A stretch of DNA of 64,000 bases, taken from contig JBKAGE010000077.1 of the NCBI GenBank assembly GCA_046290225.1, positions 32,001-96,000 of the forward strand. Reading direction: 5' to 3'. Positions 39,967 to 50,731 of this stretch are shown here, one piece after another. Under the pieces are notes generated by a model that saw only the letters and a program-made list of their open reading frames with translations, did not search any database and had not been told where the DNA came from. The stretch is from Bradymonadia bacterium. GTDB taxonomy: Bacteria > Myxococcota_A > Bradymonadia > UBA7976 > UBA1532. The stretch's first letter is position 1. Every line of letters begins with the position of its first letter. The position numbers and the translations under genes are program-made.

Positions 39967-42900
39967 ATGGCGGTCAACACAGCAGGCCGTCACATGATCA
40001 ACCATCATGCTCTCCTCAGGGGGTTCCTCGCCCTGGCGGTGCCCACTGCGTTGTTCGCAGTGAGTCATCAAACCGCTGAAGCCAGCATTGGTCTCAACAG
40101 CTGCGCCGTCGACATCGACGGCCAGGTGAAGTGCTGGGGATTCAACAACCAGGGCCAGCTCGGCTACGGCGACACCGTCCAGCGCGGCGATCAGGCCTTC
40201 GAGATGGGCGACGATCTACCTCCTGTAGATCTCGGACCCTTCGGCTTCGCCCAGCAGGTGGCTTCGGGGTTCAGCCACGCCTGTGTGCTGCTCGAATCCA
40301 ACGAGGTGAAGTGCTGGGGGTTCAACAACCAGGGCCAGCTCGGCATCGGCAATACAGTCAACCAGGGTGACGGCCCCAACGAGATGGGCAACAACCTGCA
40401 AGCGGTGGATCTGGGGACCGACGCGCTGGTCGTTCAGCTCAGCGCAGCGAACCACCACACCTGCGCCCTCTTCGACGACGGCTTCGTCAAATGCTGGGGC
40501 AGCAACACCCACGGCCGGCTCGGTGTAGGGGACACCAACCGCCGCGGTGACGGCCCCGACGAGATGGGCTTCGATCTGCCCTATGTCGATTTGGGCTTCT
40601 TCGACTTCGCCACGCAGATCGCCACCGGCGAAGGCCACAACTGTGCCCTCTTCGAAGATGGCCGGGTGAAGTGCTGGGGACTCAATCACCTCGGCCAGCT
40701 CGGCTATGGCGACACGGAGTGGCGCGGTGACGACGAGAACGACAACGAGATGGGCGACGATCTGCCCTATGTCGACCTCGGCACCGGCCGCACCGCCACC
40801 CAGGTGGGCACCAACAGCTACTCGAGCTGTGCGCTGCTCGACAACGGTCAGGTCAAGTGCTGGGGGGCCAACTTCGCCGGCCAGCTCGGCCTCGGCGACA
40901 CCAACAACCGCGGTGACGGCCCCGGTGAGATGGGCGACGCCCTACCTGCTGTCGATCTCGGCCCCGGCCGCACAGCCCTGCAGATCGCCATGGGCTACAA
41001 CCACAGCTGCGCCATCCTCGACGACCACACGGTGAAGTGCTGGGGCGAAAACGGCGACGGTCAGCTCGGCCTCGGCGACACCAACGACCGCGGCGATGGT
41101 GCAGGTGAGATGGGGGCCAGCCTGCCCGCCGTCGATCTCGGCTTCACCGCGCAGATCGCGCTGATCAACGCCGGCTCGGGTCACACCTGCGCCCTCTTCG
41201 TCGACGAGACCATCAAATGCTGGGGCAAGAACCTCCAGGGTCAGCTCGGCTATGGCAACAACGGCAACATCGGCGACGCGCCGGGCGAGATGGGCGACGA
41301 TCTCGACATCGTCGACCTCGGCTTCTTCTTCCCCATGGGCCTCTGGGATCCGATCGGGCCCGTCGGTGGTGGTGGCGGTGGGAACCCCGACACGGACGGC
41401 GACACCGTGCCTGATGCCCAGGACAACTGCCCCGACATCTTCAACATCCTGCAGATCGACGGTGACAACGACGGCATCGGCGACGACTGCGACATCTGCC
41501 CGGAGCACGCCGACAACGATCCGGACGGCGACGGTGTATGTGCCCCGGTCGAGCCTGTAGGCGCAGGACAGAGCCATTGCGCCATCGGCGCCAACGGTGA
41601 GGTGAAGTGCTGGGGCTTCAACGCCTTCGGTCAGCTCGGCCAGGGCGACACCACCGATCGCGGTGATGACCCCAATGAGCTCTCGGCCATGCCTGCGGTG
41701 GGCCTCGGCAACGGCCGCTCAGGAGCCCAGGTAGTCACCGGCTCTGCCCACGCCTGTGTGCTCATGGACAACGGCCAGGTGAAGTGCTGGGGCCACAACG
41801 CCCTCGGCCAGCTCGGCCTCGGCGACACCGAGAACCGCGGCGACGCCGCCGGCGAGATGGGTGACGCCCTGGCAAGTGTCGATCTCGGCACCGGCCGTTT
41901 CGCTCAGCAGGTCGTCTCTGGTGCCAGCCACGTGTGTGCGCTGCTCGACGATGGCGGTATCAAGTGCTGGGGCGGCAATGAGTTTGGCCAGCTCGGCCAC
42001 GGCGACACCGAGAACTGCGGTGACGACCCCAACGAGATGGGCGACAACCTCATCTACACCGATCTCGGCGCTGATCTCACGGCGGTGCAGCTGACCGCGG
42101 GCGCCAACCACACCTGCGCAATTTTGAACGACGGCTCGGTGAAGTGCTGGGGCTTCAATACCTACGGCAACCTCGGCTACGGCTTCACTGATCACTGCGG
42201 TGACAACCCCAACGAGATGGGCGACAACCTGCCCTTCACGGTGTTGGGCACCGACCGCACCGCTGGCCAGATCACCGCCGGCAACGATCACACCTGCGCG
42301 GTGCTCGACAATGGCGGGGTGAAGTGCTGGGGCTTCAACACCTACGGCAACCTCGGCTACGGCTTCACCGATCACTGCGGTGACGATCCCAACGAGATGG
42401 GTGACGCCCTGCCCTACACCAACCTCGGCACCAACCGCCTCGCGGACATGGTGGCCGCTGGTGGTCATCACACCTGCGCCTGGCTCGACGACGACAGCCT
42501 CAAGTGTTGGGGCCTCAACCACCTCGGTCAGCTCGGCTACGGCGACATCAACAGCCGCGGGGACGAAGCCAACGAGATGGGCGACAACCTGCCCGCAGTG
42601 AGCCTCGGTGGCCTGCTCCGCAGCAGCGTCGCTGGCGGCGGCGGTGGCCTGAGCGGTCCTGGCGGTGGCGGCATCGGTGGTGGCATCGAGGGCGGTGGCC
42701 CCGGGCTCCGCGTCGGCGGCGGCATCAGCTTCGGTGGCGTGAGTGGTGGCGGCTTCGGTGGCGGCTTCAGTGATGCCATCGGTGGTGTGCGCGTCGGCGT
42801 GCGCGGCGTCGGCGGCAGCATCAGCTTGAGCTCGGGCGCCACGATGGTGTTGCTCGACGACGGCGGCATCAAATGCTTCGGCGACAACGAGTATGGCCAG

Positions 42901-45900
42901 CTCGGCTACGGCGACACCACTGTGCGAGGCAACCTGCCCGGGCAGATGGGCGTCAACCTGCCCTATGTGAACCTCGGCGGGAACTTCACTGGTGTGCAGG
43001 TCTGCAACAGCGTGCCCGTGGGCCTCTTCTGTGCCGACACCGACAGCAACGGCCTCTGTGACACCGTCGACCTCTACGGCACCGGCCTCACCCACTGCGC
43101 CATCAGCGACGCAGGAGCCCTGAAATGCTGGGGCTACAACGGCTTCGGTGGCCTCGGTCTCGGCGACATCCTCGATCGCGGGGATGATGCCAACGAGCTC
43201 CAGGGGCTCGCCTCCATCGACATCGGCAACGGCCGCCTCGCCGCCCAGGTGGTGGTGGGCGCGGTCCACACCTGTGCCCTTATGGACGATGGTCAAGTGA
43301 AGTGCTGGGGCTTCAACGCCCACGGGCAGCTCGGCCTCGGCGATGTCTCACATCGCGGCGACGGCGCCGGTGAGATGGGCAACGCCCTGGCGAGCATCCA
43401 TCTCGGCACCGGCCGCTTCGCCCAACAGATCGTATCGGGTGCGCACCACGTGTGTGCGCTGCTGGACAACGGCGGCATCAAGTGCTGGGGCCGCAACGAC
43501 TTCGGCCAGCTGGGCCAGGGCCACACCGACAGCTGTGGTGACGACCCCAATGAGATGGGCGACAACCTCGCCTACACCGACATTGGTGACGATCTGGTGG
43601 CAGTACAGCTGACTGCAGGGGCCAATCACACCTGTGCGATCTTGAACGACGGCTCGGTGAAGTGCTGGGGCTACAACGCCTTCGGCAACCTCGGCTACGG
43701 CTTCACTGACCACTGCGGTGACGAGCCCGGCGAGATGGGCAACGCCCTGCCCTTCACCGTACTCGGCGCCGATCGCGTCGCGGTACAGATCAGCGCTGGT
43801 GCCCATCACACGTGTGCATTGCTGGACGATGGCGGTCTCAAATGCTGGGGCTTCAACACCTTCGGCAACCTCGGCCTCGGCTTCACCGATCACTGCGGTG
43901 ACGACCCGAACGAGATGGGCGACAACCTGCCCTACGTACAGCTCGGTGCCGGACGCTTTGTCGACCTCGTCGCAGCAGGCGGCCATCACGCCTGTGCACT
44001 GCTCGACAACGGCGTGCTCAAGTGTTGGGGCGCCAACTTCAACGGCCAGCTCGGCCTCGGTGACTTCAACCACCGCGGCGACAACCCCAACGAGATGGGT
44101 GACTTGCTCGCCGGCGTCGATCTCGGCGGTTTGGGCATCCGCACCGGCCTTGGTGGCGGTGGCGGCGGCCTGCGCATCGGCGGCGGCAACGGCGGCGACT
44201 TCGGTGGTGTCGGCGGCGCAGGCCGCGGCGGCATCCTCGGCTTCGGCGGTGGTGGCATTGGTGGCCGCGTGGGTCTCGGCGGCGCAGGCGGCAATGGCCT
44301 CGGTGGCGGCTTCAGCGATGCCATCGGTGGTGTGCGCGTCGGTGTGCGCGGCGTCGGTGGCAGCATCGGCCTGAGCGCCGGCGGCACCATGGTCTTGCTG
44401 GACGACGGCAGCATACGCTGCTGGGGCGCCAACGGCTTTGGCCAGCTCGGCCTCGGCGATCGCATCAGCCGCGGCTTCTCTGCAGGTCAGATGGGCCAGA
44501 ACTTGCCGGCGGTGAGCCTCGGCTTCTCTGTGGGCAACATCTGTAATGCTGCGCCGGTGGGGCGCTTCTGCGCCGACACCGACGGCAATGGCCTCTGCCA
44601 GGACATCGACATCTCGGGTACGGGCCTGGCGAACTGCACCATCAGCGACGCCGGTGAGCTGAAGTGCTGGGGCTACAACGGCTTCGGCGGCCTAGGCCTC
44701 GGCGACCTCCTCAACCGCGGTGGCAACCCCAATGATCTCGCCGGCCTCGCCAGCGTGGCCCTTGGTGCCGGCCGCACCGCCGTGCAGGTGGTGCAGGGCG
44801 CGGTTCACACCTGTGCGTTGCTCGACGACGGCACGGTGAAGTGCTGGGGCTTCAACGCCCACGGCCAGCTCGGCCTCGGTGACATCCTCAGCCGCGGCGA
44901 CAACGCCAACGAGATGGGCGACGCCCTGGCGAGCATCGATCTCGGCGCGGGCCGCTTCGTGCAGCAGCTCGTGTCGGGCACGCACCACGTGTGCGCGCTG
45001 CTGGACAACGGCGGCATCAAGTGCTGGGGCCGCAACGACTTCGGTCAGTTGGGCCAGGGCCACACCGACAGCTGCGGTGATGACCCCAATGAGATGGGCG
45101 ACAACCTCGCTTACACCGACATCGGCACTGACCTCGTGGCGGTGCAGCTGACCGCAGGCGCCAACCACACCTGCGCGATTTTGAACGACGGCTCGGTGAA
45201 GTGCTGGGGTTACAACGCCTTCGGCAACCTCGGCTACGGCTTCACCGATCACTGCGGTGATGATCCCAACGAGATGGGTGACGCCCTGCCCTTCACCGTG
45301 CTCGGGACTGATCGTCTTGCGGTGCAGATCAGCGCTGGCGCTCATCACACGTGTGCACTGCTCGACGATGGCGGTCTCAAATGCTGGGGCTTCAACAGCT
45401 TCGGCAACCTCGGCCTCGGCTTCACCGATCACTGCGGTGACAACCCGAACGAGATGGGCGACAACCTGCCTTATGTGCAGCTCGGTGCCGGACGCTTCGT
45501 CGACCTCATCGCAGCAGGCGGCCATCACGCCTGTGCACTGCTCGACAACGGCGTCTTCAAGTGCTGGGGTGCCAACTTCAACGGCCAGCTCGGCCTCGGC
45601 GACTTCTTCAACCGTGGTGATGGCCCCAATGAGATGGGTGACTTGCTCGCTGGCGTCGATCTCGGTGGGGTGAGCATCCGCACCGGCATCGGCGGTGGCG
45701 GTGGCGGTCTGCGCTTCGGCGGTGGCGGCGGTGGCGACTTCGGTGGTGTCGGCGGCGCGGGCCGTGGCGGCATCCTCGGCTTCGGCGGTGGCGGCATCGG
45801 TGGCCGCGTGGGTCTCGGCGGCGCAGGCGGCAATGGCCTCGGTGGCGGCTTCAGCGATGCCATCGGCGGTGTACGCGTCGGCGTCCGTGGCGCCGGTGGC

Positions 45901-48900
45901 GCCATCAGCCTCAACGGAAGCGGCACCATGGTCCTTCTGGCCAACGGCGGCATCAAGGCCTGGGGCGGCAACGGCTTTGGTCAGCTCGGCCTCGGCGATC
46001 TGCTCGGCCGTGGGTTCCTCGCCGGCCACATGGGCCTCGGCCTGCCCCTGCTCGGCTTCGGTCCGGGCTTCTTCGCGGCGCAGATCTGCAACGCTGTGCC
46101 TGTGGGCCGGTTCTGCGCCGACACCGACGGCAACGGCATCTGTCAGGGCATCGACCTCTCGGGTACGGGCCTGGCGAACTGCGCCATCAGCGACGCCGGT
46201 GAGCTGAAGTGCTGGGGCTACAACGGCTTCGGCGGCCTCGGCCTCGGCGACATCCTCGACCGCGGTGGCAACCCTGGCGATCTCGGCGCCCTGGCGTCGA
46301 TCGATCTCGGCCCTGGCCGCACGGCAGTGCAGGTGGCCATCGGCGCCCTGCACGCCTGTGTGCTCATGGACAACGGTCAGGTGAAGTGCTGGGGCTTCAA
46401 CGCCCACGGCCAGCTTGGCCTCGGTGACGTGAGCATCCGCGGTGACGGCCCCGGCGAGATGGGCGTGGCCCTCGGCGCGGTCGATCTGGGCACTGGGCGC
46501 TTCGCCCAGCAAATCGTCGCCGGTACACATCACATGTGCGCGCTGCTCGACAACGGTGGGGTGAAGTGCTGGGGCCGCAACGACTTCGGTCAGCTGGGCC
46601 AGGGCCACACCGAGAGCTGCGGTGACGATCCGAACGAGATGGGCGACAACCTCGCCTACACGCTCCTCGGCGACAATCTGCACGTCATGCAGCTCGCCGC
46701 TGGGGCGAACCACACCTGCGCGATCTTGAACGACGGCTCGGTGAAGTGCTGGGGCTACAACGCCTTCGGCAACCTCGGCTACGGCTTCACCGATCACTGC
46801 GGTGACGAGCCCGGCGAGATGGGCAACGCCCTGCCCTTCACCCTCTTTGGCCTGGGCCGCTTCGCTCAGCAGATCAGCGCCGGCGCGCACCATACCTGTG
46901 TGCTGCTCGACGACGGCGGGGTGAAGTGCTGGGGCTTCAACAGCTTCGGCAACCTCGGCCTCGGCTTCACCGATCACTGCGGTGACAACCCCGGCGAGAT
47001 GGGCGATCTCCTCCCCTATGTGCAGCTCGGCGCTGGACGCTTCGTCGATATGGTCGTCGCCGGCGGCCACCACGTATGTGCGTTGCTCGACAACGGCGTG
47101 CTCAAGTGCTGGGGCGCCAACTTCAACGGCCAGCTCGGCCTCGGCGACTTCTTCAACCGCGGCGACGGCCCCGGCGAGATGGGTGACTTCCTGCCCGGCA
47201 TCAGCATCGGTGGCGGAGGCGGCATCGGCATCCGCGGCGGCGGCCTCAGCTTCGGCCGCGGTGGCGGCTTCGGCGGCTTCGGTGGCGGCGGTGGCGGCGG
47301 CGGTGGCGGTGGTGGCCTCAGCTTCGGTGGCGGCGGTGGCCGCAGCTTCGGCGGTGGCTTCGGTCGACGCATCGGTGGCAGCCGCATCGGCGGTCGCTTC
47401 GGTGGCGGCGGAGGTGGCGGCGGAGGCGGCGGTGGAGGCGGCGGTGGCGGCTTCGGCATCGGTGGCCTTGGCGGCGGCGGTGGCCTCAGCTTCGGCGGCA
47501 TCGGCGGTGGCAGCATCGGCGGCGGCGGTCTCCGGCTCAGCGCCGGGGGCACCATGGTGTTCCTCGACGACGGCAGCGTGCGGTGTTGGGGCGCCAACGG
47601 CTTCGGCGGCCTCGGCCTCGGCGACTTGCTCGGCCGCGGGTTCCTCCCTGGTCACATGGGCATCAACCTCGGCTCCATCGGGTTCCCCGTGGGCTTCGTC
47701 GTCGGCGAGATCTGCAACGCCGTGCCCATGGCGCTGTTCTGCAGCGACACTGACGGGAACGGCCTGTGTCAGGTCATCGACAATGCCGACAACGGCCTCT
47801 CTCAATGTGTCATCGGCGCCGATGGCGGCGTACGGTGTTGGGGCTTCAACGCCTTTGGTCAGCTGGGGCTCGGAGACATCCTCGATCGAGGTGACGGCTT
47901 CGGCGGCGCGGTGGCCAACCTGCCCGCCATCAACCTCGGCGTAGGCCGCATCGCCACTCAGGTGGTCACCGGCGCCGCCCACGGGTGTGCACTCTTGGAC
48001 AACGGCGGCATCAAGTGCTGGGGCTTCAATGGCCACGGTCAGCTCGGCCTCGGCGACGTGAACCTCCGCGGCGCCAACCCTGGCGAGATGGGTGACTTCC
48101 TGCCCTTCGTGAACCTCGGCACTGGCCGCACTGCTCTGCAGGTGGTCACCGGTGGCCATCACGTCTGCGCCATCCTCGACGATCGCGGGGTGAAGTGCTG
48201 GGGCCGCAACGACTTCGGTCAGCTCGGTCTCGGTGACGTGCTCGGCCGAGGCGGTATCCCCGGCCAGATGGGCGACGCTCTGCCCTATGTGCAGCTCGGC
48301 ACCGGCCGTACGGCGCTTCAGCTGAGCGCCGGCGCCAACCACACCTGCGCGATCCTCGACAACGGTGGCATCAAGTGCTGGGGCTACAACGCCTTCGGCA
48401 ACCTCGGCCTCGGCTTCACCGATCACTGTGGCGACGAGCCTGGCGAGATGGGCGACGCCCTGCCCTTCGTGCAGCTTGGCACCGGCCGCCTCGTGGGCCA
48501 GCTGAGCGCCGGCGCCAACCACACCTGCGCGGTGCTCGACGACGGCGGGGTGAAGTGTTGGGGCTTCAACAGCTTCGGCAACCTCGGCCTCGGTTTCACC
48601 GATCACTGCGGCGACAACCCCGGCGAGATGGGCGACGCCTTGCCCTACACCGGCCTCGGCGGCGGGGTCAGGGTCGACACCCTCGTCTGTGGTGGCCAGC
48701 ACAGCTGTGCCCTGCTCGACAACGGCTCACTCAAGTGCTGGGGCGCCAACAACCTCGGCCAGCTTGGCTACGGCGACGTGTTCCCCCGCGGCATCATCCC
48801 CGGTCAGATGGGCGACAGCCTCGGTGGCATCAGCCTCGGCGGCGGCTCCATCCGATCCGGCAGCGGCCTCGGCGGTGGCGGCGGTGGTGGCGGTGGTGGT

Positions 48901-50580
48901 GGTGGCGGTGGCCTCGGTGGTGCCGGCTTCGGCGGTGGCGGCATCGGCATCGGCGGCGGCGGTACCATGGCCGTCTTCGACAACGGCGCCATCAAGTGTT
49001 GGGGCGGCAACGGCTTTGGCCAGCTCGGCCTCGACGATGTGCTCTGTCGTGGATCCAACCCCGACGAGATGGGAGCCAACCTGTCCTCGGTCGACTTCGG
49101 TGAGGGCGGCTTCACGCCGGTGCACGCCAACGGCGAGATCGTATTGCCCCTGCCCGACTGTGACGATGCAGATGGCGATTTGCAGTGCGACGAGGACGAT
49201 CCCTGCCCGAACGACGCCGCCAACGACGCTGACGGCGACGGCATCTGCGGTGACGTGGACAACTGCCCCACCATCGCCAACGGCGATCAGGCCGACGACA
49301 ACGGCGACGGCTTCGGCGACGACTGCATCAGCCCGTCGGCCAACATCGATCCGTCGGCCAACATCGACGGTGACGTGATCATCGGGCCCAACGCCGAGAT
49401 CGGCCCCAACTGTCACATCGGCGACGGGGCGGTCATCAATGGCACCCTCGGCGACGGCGTGGTCGTTGGCCCCGGCACCGTGGTGAACGAAGGCGCGGTG
49501 GTCTCCGACGGCGCCCGCATCGGTGACAACTGCGGCATCGGTGCCAACTGCAACATCGGCGTGCTCGCCGAGATCGGCAACAACGTCACCCTCGGCGCGC
49601 GCTGCACCATCGGCGGCCGCGCCATCGTCGGCGACGGCGTCACCACCGACGTCGACATCGAGTTCGACGAGCAATGCCGCATCGGCGCATTCACCGAGGT
49701 GGGCGCCGAGTGCTACGTCGGGGTCAACACCAGCATCGGCGAGAACGGCGTCATCGACCGTGATTGCTGGCTGGGCCCGAACAGCCTCCTCGGCGACGAC
49801 TATGTCTTCGGCACCGACGCCTACTTCGAGGCCAATGTGCGGGTGAGCAACACCGCCACCTTCGGCAACAACGTACGCGTCCTCAGCTACGCCGTGGTGG
49901 GCGACAACGTCAGCCTCGACGATGGGGTGGAGCTCGCCTCTGGTGGTGAGGCCGGTGACAACACCGTCATCGGCGCCAACACCGAGATTCGTGGTCAGGT
50001 GGGCGCCGACGTCGTCATCGGCACCGACGCCTTCCTCGGCAACCAGAGCAGCTTCGGCGATGGCTGTGTGGTGGGCGATCGCGTGAGCACGGGCATCTTC
50101 GCCACCCTCGCCACGGGCTGCCAGATCGGATCCGACACGGCGATCTACGACGGGGTAGTCCTCGGCGCCAACGGTGTCATCGGCAACGAAGCCACGGTGC
50201 TCTTCTACTCGACCTTCGGCACCGACGCGAACGTCGGCGCCAACAGCTTCATCGACGAGCGAATCGAGGCGGGCAACAACTTCACGGTGGGCACCAACAG
50301 CCGCCTCTGGCCACGGAGCAGCTACGGCAACGGCATCAACATCGGCAACGACGTGTTGATCCGCGACACCGCCGACGTGGGCGATCGGGTCACCATCGAG
50401 AATGGCGTGATCATCTTCCCCAGCACCACCATCGGCGACGACGCCACGATCCGCGAGGGCGTGGAAATCGGCGTGGCCAACTGCCCGACGCAGCGCTGCG
50501 GTCAGGTCACCATCGGCGCTTGCCAGGATGTCGACGAAGACATGACACCGGTCTCCTCCTCGCCAGACACCTGCAACTGA
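39967..50580 (+). CDS. Giant exported RCC1-repeat protein (six RCC1 modules, Gly-rich inserts, TSP3 repeats, C-terminal hexapeptide left-handed beta-helix)
   Basis: Dozens of HTCAL..DG.VKCWG.N..GQLG.G blades; DxDxDG repeats; hexapeptide tail about 49330-50520; start may be ATG 39994. Confidence 0.92.
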   Translation: MAVNTAGRHMINHHALLRGFLALAVPTALFAVSHQTAEASIGLNSCAVDIDGQVKCWGFNNQGQLGYGDTVQRGDQAFEMGDDLPPVDLGPFGFAQQVASGFSHACVLLESNEVKCWGFNNQGQLGIGNTVNQGDGPNEMGNNLQAVDLGTDALVVQLSAANHHTCALFDDGFVKCWGSNTHGRLGVGDTNRRGDGPDEMGFDLPYVDLGFFDFATQIATGEGHNCALFEDGRVKCWGLNHLGQLGYGDTEWRGDDENDNEMGDDLPYVDLGTGRTATQVGTNSYSSCALLDNGQVKCWGANFAGQLGLGDTNNRGDGPGEMGDALPAVDLGPGRTALQIAMGYNHSCAILDDHTVKCWGENGDGQLGLGDTNDRGDGAGEMGASLPAVDLGFTAQIALINAGSGHTCALFVDETIKCWGKNLQGQLGYGNNGNIGDAPGEMGDDLDIVDLGFFFPMGLWDPIGPVGGGGGGNPDTDGDTVPDAQDNCPDIFNILQIDGDNDGIGDDCDICPEHADNDPDGDGVCAPVEPVGAGQSHCAIGANGEVKCWGFNAFGQLGQGDTTDRGDDPNELSAMPAVGLGNGRSGAQVVTGSAHACVLMDNGQVKCWGHNALGQLGLGDTENRGDAAGEMGDALASVDLGTGRFAQQVVSGASHVCALLDDGGIKCWGGNEFGQLGHGDTENCGDDPNEMGDNLIYTDLGADLTAVQLTAGANHTCAILNDGSVKCWGFNTYGNLGYGFTDHCGDNPNEMGDNLPFTVLGTDRTAGQITAGNDHTCAVLDNGGVKCWGFNTYGNLGYGFTDHCGDDPNEMGDALPYTNLGTNRLADMVAAGGHHTCAWLDDDSLKCWGLNHLGQLGYGDINSRGDEANEMGDNLPAVSLGGLLRSSVAGGGGGLSGPGGGGIGGGIEGGGPGLRVGGGISFGGVSGGGFGGGFSDAIGGVRVGVRGVGGSISLSSGATMVLLDDGGIKCFGDNEYGQLGYGDTTVRGNLPGQMGVNLPYVNLGGNFTGVQVCNSVPVGLFCADTDSNGLCDTVDLYGTGLTHCAISDAGALKCWGYNGFGGLGLGDILDRGDDANELQGLASIDIGNGRLAAQVVVGAVHTCALMDDGQVKCWGFNAHGQLGLGDVSHRGDGAGEMGNALASIHLGTGRFAQQIVSGAHHVCALLDNGGIKCWGRNDFGQLGQGHTDSCGDDPNEMGDNLAYTDIGDDLVAVQLTAGANHTCAILNDGSVKCWGYNAFGNLGYGFTDHCGDEPGEMGNALPFTVLGADRVAVQISAGAHHTCALLDDGGLKCWGFNTFGNLGLGFTDHCGDDPNEMGDNLPYVQLGAGRFVDLVAAGGHHACALLDNGVLKCWGANFNGQLGLGDFNHRGDNPNEMGDLLAGVDLGGLGIRTGLGGGGGGLRIGGGNGGDFGGVGGAGRGGILGFGGGGIGGRVGLGGAGGNGLGGGFSDAIGGVRVGVRGVGGSIGLSAGGTMVLLDDGSIRCWGANGFGQLGLGDRISRGFSAGQMGQNLPAVSLGFSVGNICNAAPVGRFCADTDGNGLCQDIDISGTGLANCTISDAGELKCWGYNGFGGLGLGDLLNRGGNPNDLAGLASVALGAGRTAVQVVQGAVHTCALLDDGTVKCWGFNAHGQLGLGDILSRGDNANEMGDALASIDLGAGRFVQQLVSGTHHVCALLDNGGIKCWGRNDFGQLGQGHTDSCGDDPNEMGDNLAYTDIGTDLVAVQLTAGANHTCAILNDGSVKCWGYNAFGNLGYGFTDHCGDDPNEMGDALPFTVLGTDRLAVQISAGAHHTCALLDDGGLKCWGFNSFGNLGLGFTDHCGDNPNEMGDNLPYVQLGAGRFVDLIAAGGHHACALLDNGVFKCWGANFNGQLGLGDFFNRGDGPNEMGDLLAGVDLGGVSIRTGIGGGGGGLRFGGGGGGDFGGVGGAGRGGILGFGGGGIGGRVGLGGAGGNGLGGGFSDAIGGVRVGVRGAGGAISLNGSGTMVLLANGGIKAWGGNGFGQLGLGDLLGRGFLAGHMGLGLPLLGFGPGFFAAQICNAVPVGRFCADTDGNGICQGIDLSGTGLANCAISDAGELKCWGYNGFGGLGLGDILDRGGNPGDLGALASIDLGPGRTAVQVAIGALHACVLMDNGQVKCWGFNAHGQLGLGDVSIRGDGPGEMGVALGAVDLGTGRFAQQIVAGTHHMCALLDNGGVKCWGRNDFGQLGQGHTESCGDDPNEMGDNLAYTLLGDNLHVMQLAAGANHTCAILNDGSVKCWGYNAFGNLGYGFTDHCGDEPGEMGNALPFTLFGLGRFAQQISAGAHHTCVLLDDGGVKCWGFNSFGNLGLGFTDHCGDNPGEMGDLLPYVQLGAGRFVDMVVAGGHHVCALLDNGVLKCWGANFNGQLGLGDFFNRGDGPGEMGDFLPGISIGGGGGIGIRGGGLSFGRGGGFGGFGGGGGGGGGGGGLSFGGGGGRSFGGGFGRRIGGSRIGGRFGGGGGGGGGGGGGGGGGFGIGGLGGGGGLSFGGIGGGSIGGGGLRLSAGGTMVFLDDGSVRCWGANGFGGLGLGDLLGRGFLPGHMGINLGSIGFPVGFVVGEICNAVPMALFCSDTDGNGLCQVIDNADNGLSQCVIGADGGVRCWGFNAFGQLGLGDILDRGDGFGGAVANLPAINLGVGRIATQVVTGAAHGCALLDNGGIKCWGFNGHGQLGLGDVNLRGANPGEMGDFLPFVNLGTGRTALQVVTGGHHVCAILDDRGVKCWGRNDFGQLGLGDVLGRGGIPGQMGDALPYVQLGTGRTALQLSAGANHTCAILDNGGIKCWGYNAFGNLGLGFTDHCGDEPGEMGDALPFVQLGTGRLVGQLSAGANHTCAVLDDGGVKCWGFNSFGNLGLGFTDHCGDNPGEMGDALPYTGLGGGVRVDTLVCGGQHSCALLDNGSLKCWGANNLGQLGYGDVFPRGIIPGQMGDSLGGISLGGGSIRSGSGLGGGGGGGGGGGGGGLGGAGFGGGGIGIGGGGTMAVFDNGAIKCWGGNGFGQLGLDDVLCRGSNPDEMGANLSSVDFGEGGFTPVHANGEIVLPLPDCDDADGDLQCDEDDPCPNDAANDADGDGICGDVDNCPTIANGDQADDNGDGFGDDCISPSANIDPSANIDGDVIIGPNAEIGPNCHIGDGAVINGTLGDGVVVGPGTVVNEGAVVSDGARIGDNCGIGANCNIGVLAEIGNNVTLGARCTIGGRAIVGDGVTTDVDIEFDEQCRIGAFTEVGAECYVGVNTSIGENGVIDRDCWLGPNSLLGDDYVFGTDAYFEANVRVSNTATFGNNVRVLSYAVVGDNVSLDDGVELASGGEAGDNTVIGANTEIRGQVGADVVIGTDAFLGNQSSFGDGCVVGDRVSTGIFATLATGCQIGSDTAIYDGVVLGANGVIGNEATVLFYSTFGTDANVGANSFIDERIEAGNNFTVGTNSRLWPRSSYGNGINIGNDVLIRDTADVGDRVTIENGVIIFPSTTIGDDATIREGVEIGVANCPTQRCGQVTIGACQDVDEDMTPVSSSPDTCN

Positions 50581-50593
50581 CAGTTCAGGTCAG

Positions 50594-50627
50594 CGCAGGC
50601 GACTCATACCTCTCCGGGTCGCCTGCG
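50594..50627 (+). terminator. Stem-loop downstream of the giant gene
   Basis: CGCAGGCGAC / GTCGCCTGCG 10-bp stem; no U-tract. Confidence 0.35.
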
Positions 50628-50731
50628 GTGTGATGCCCTCCGCCGTTTCCCCTACAGAACAGTGTGTTCTGGCAACGTCCAGCCCTCGATGACGTCTACT
50701 CTGTGTTCCCATCACCAGAGACGAGTACATC

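Noticed and set aside
44692..48702. 1336-aa antisense ORF and other long ORFs overlapping the RCC1 genes
   Set aside because: Shadow frames caused by GC-biased codon usage of the sense gene; no independent motifs
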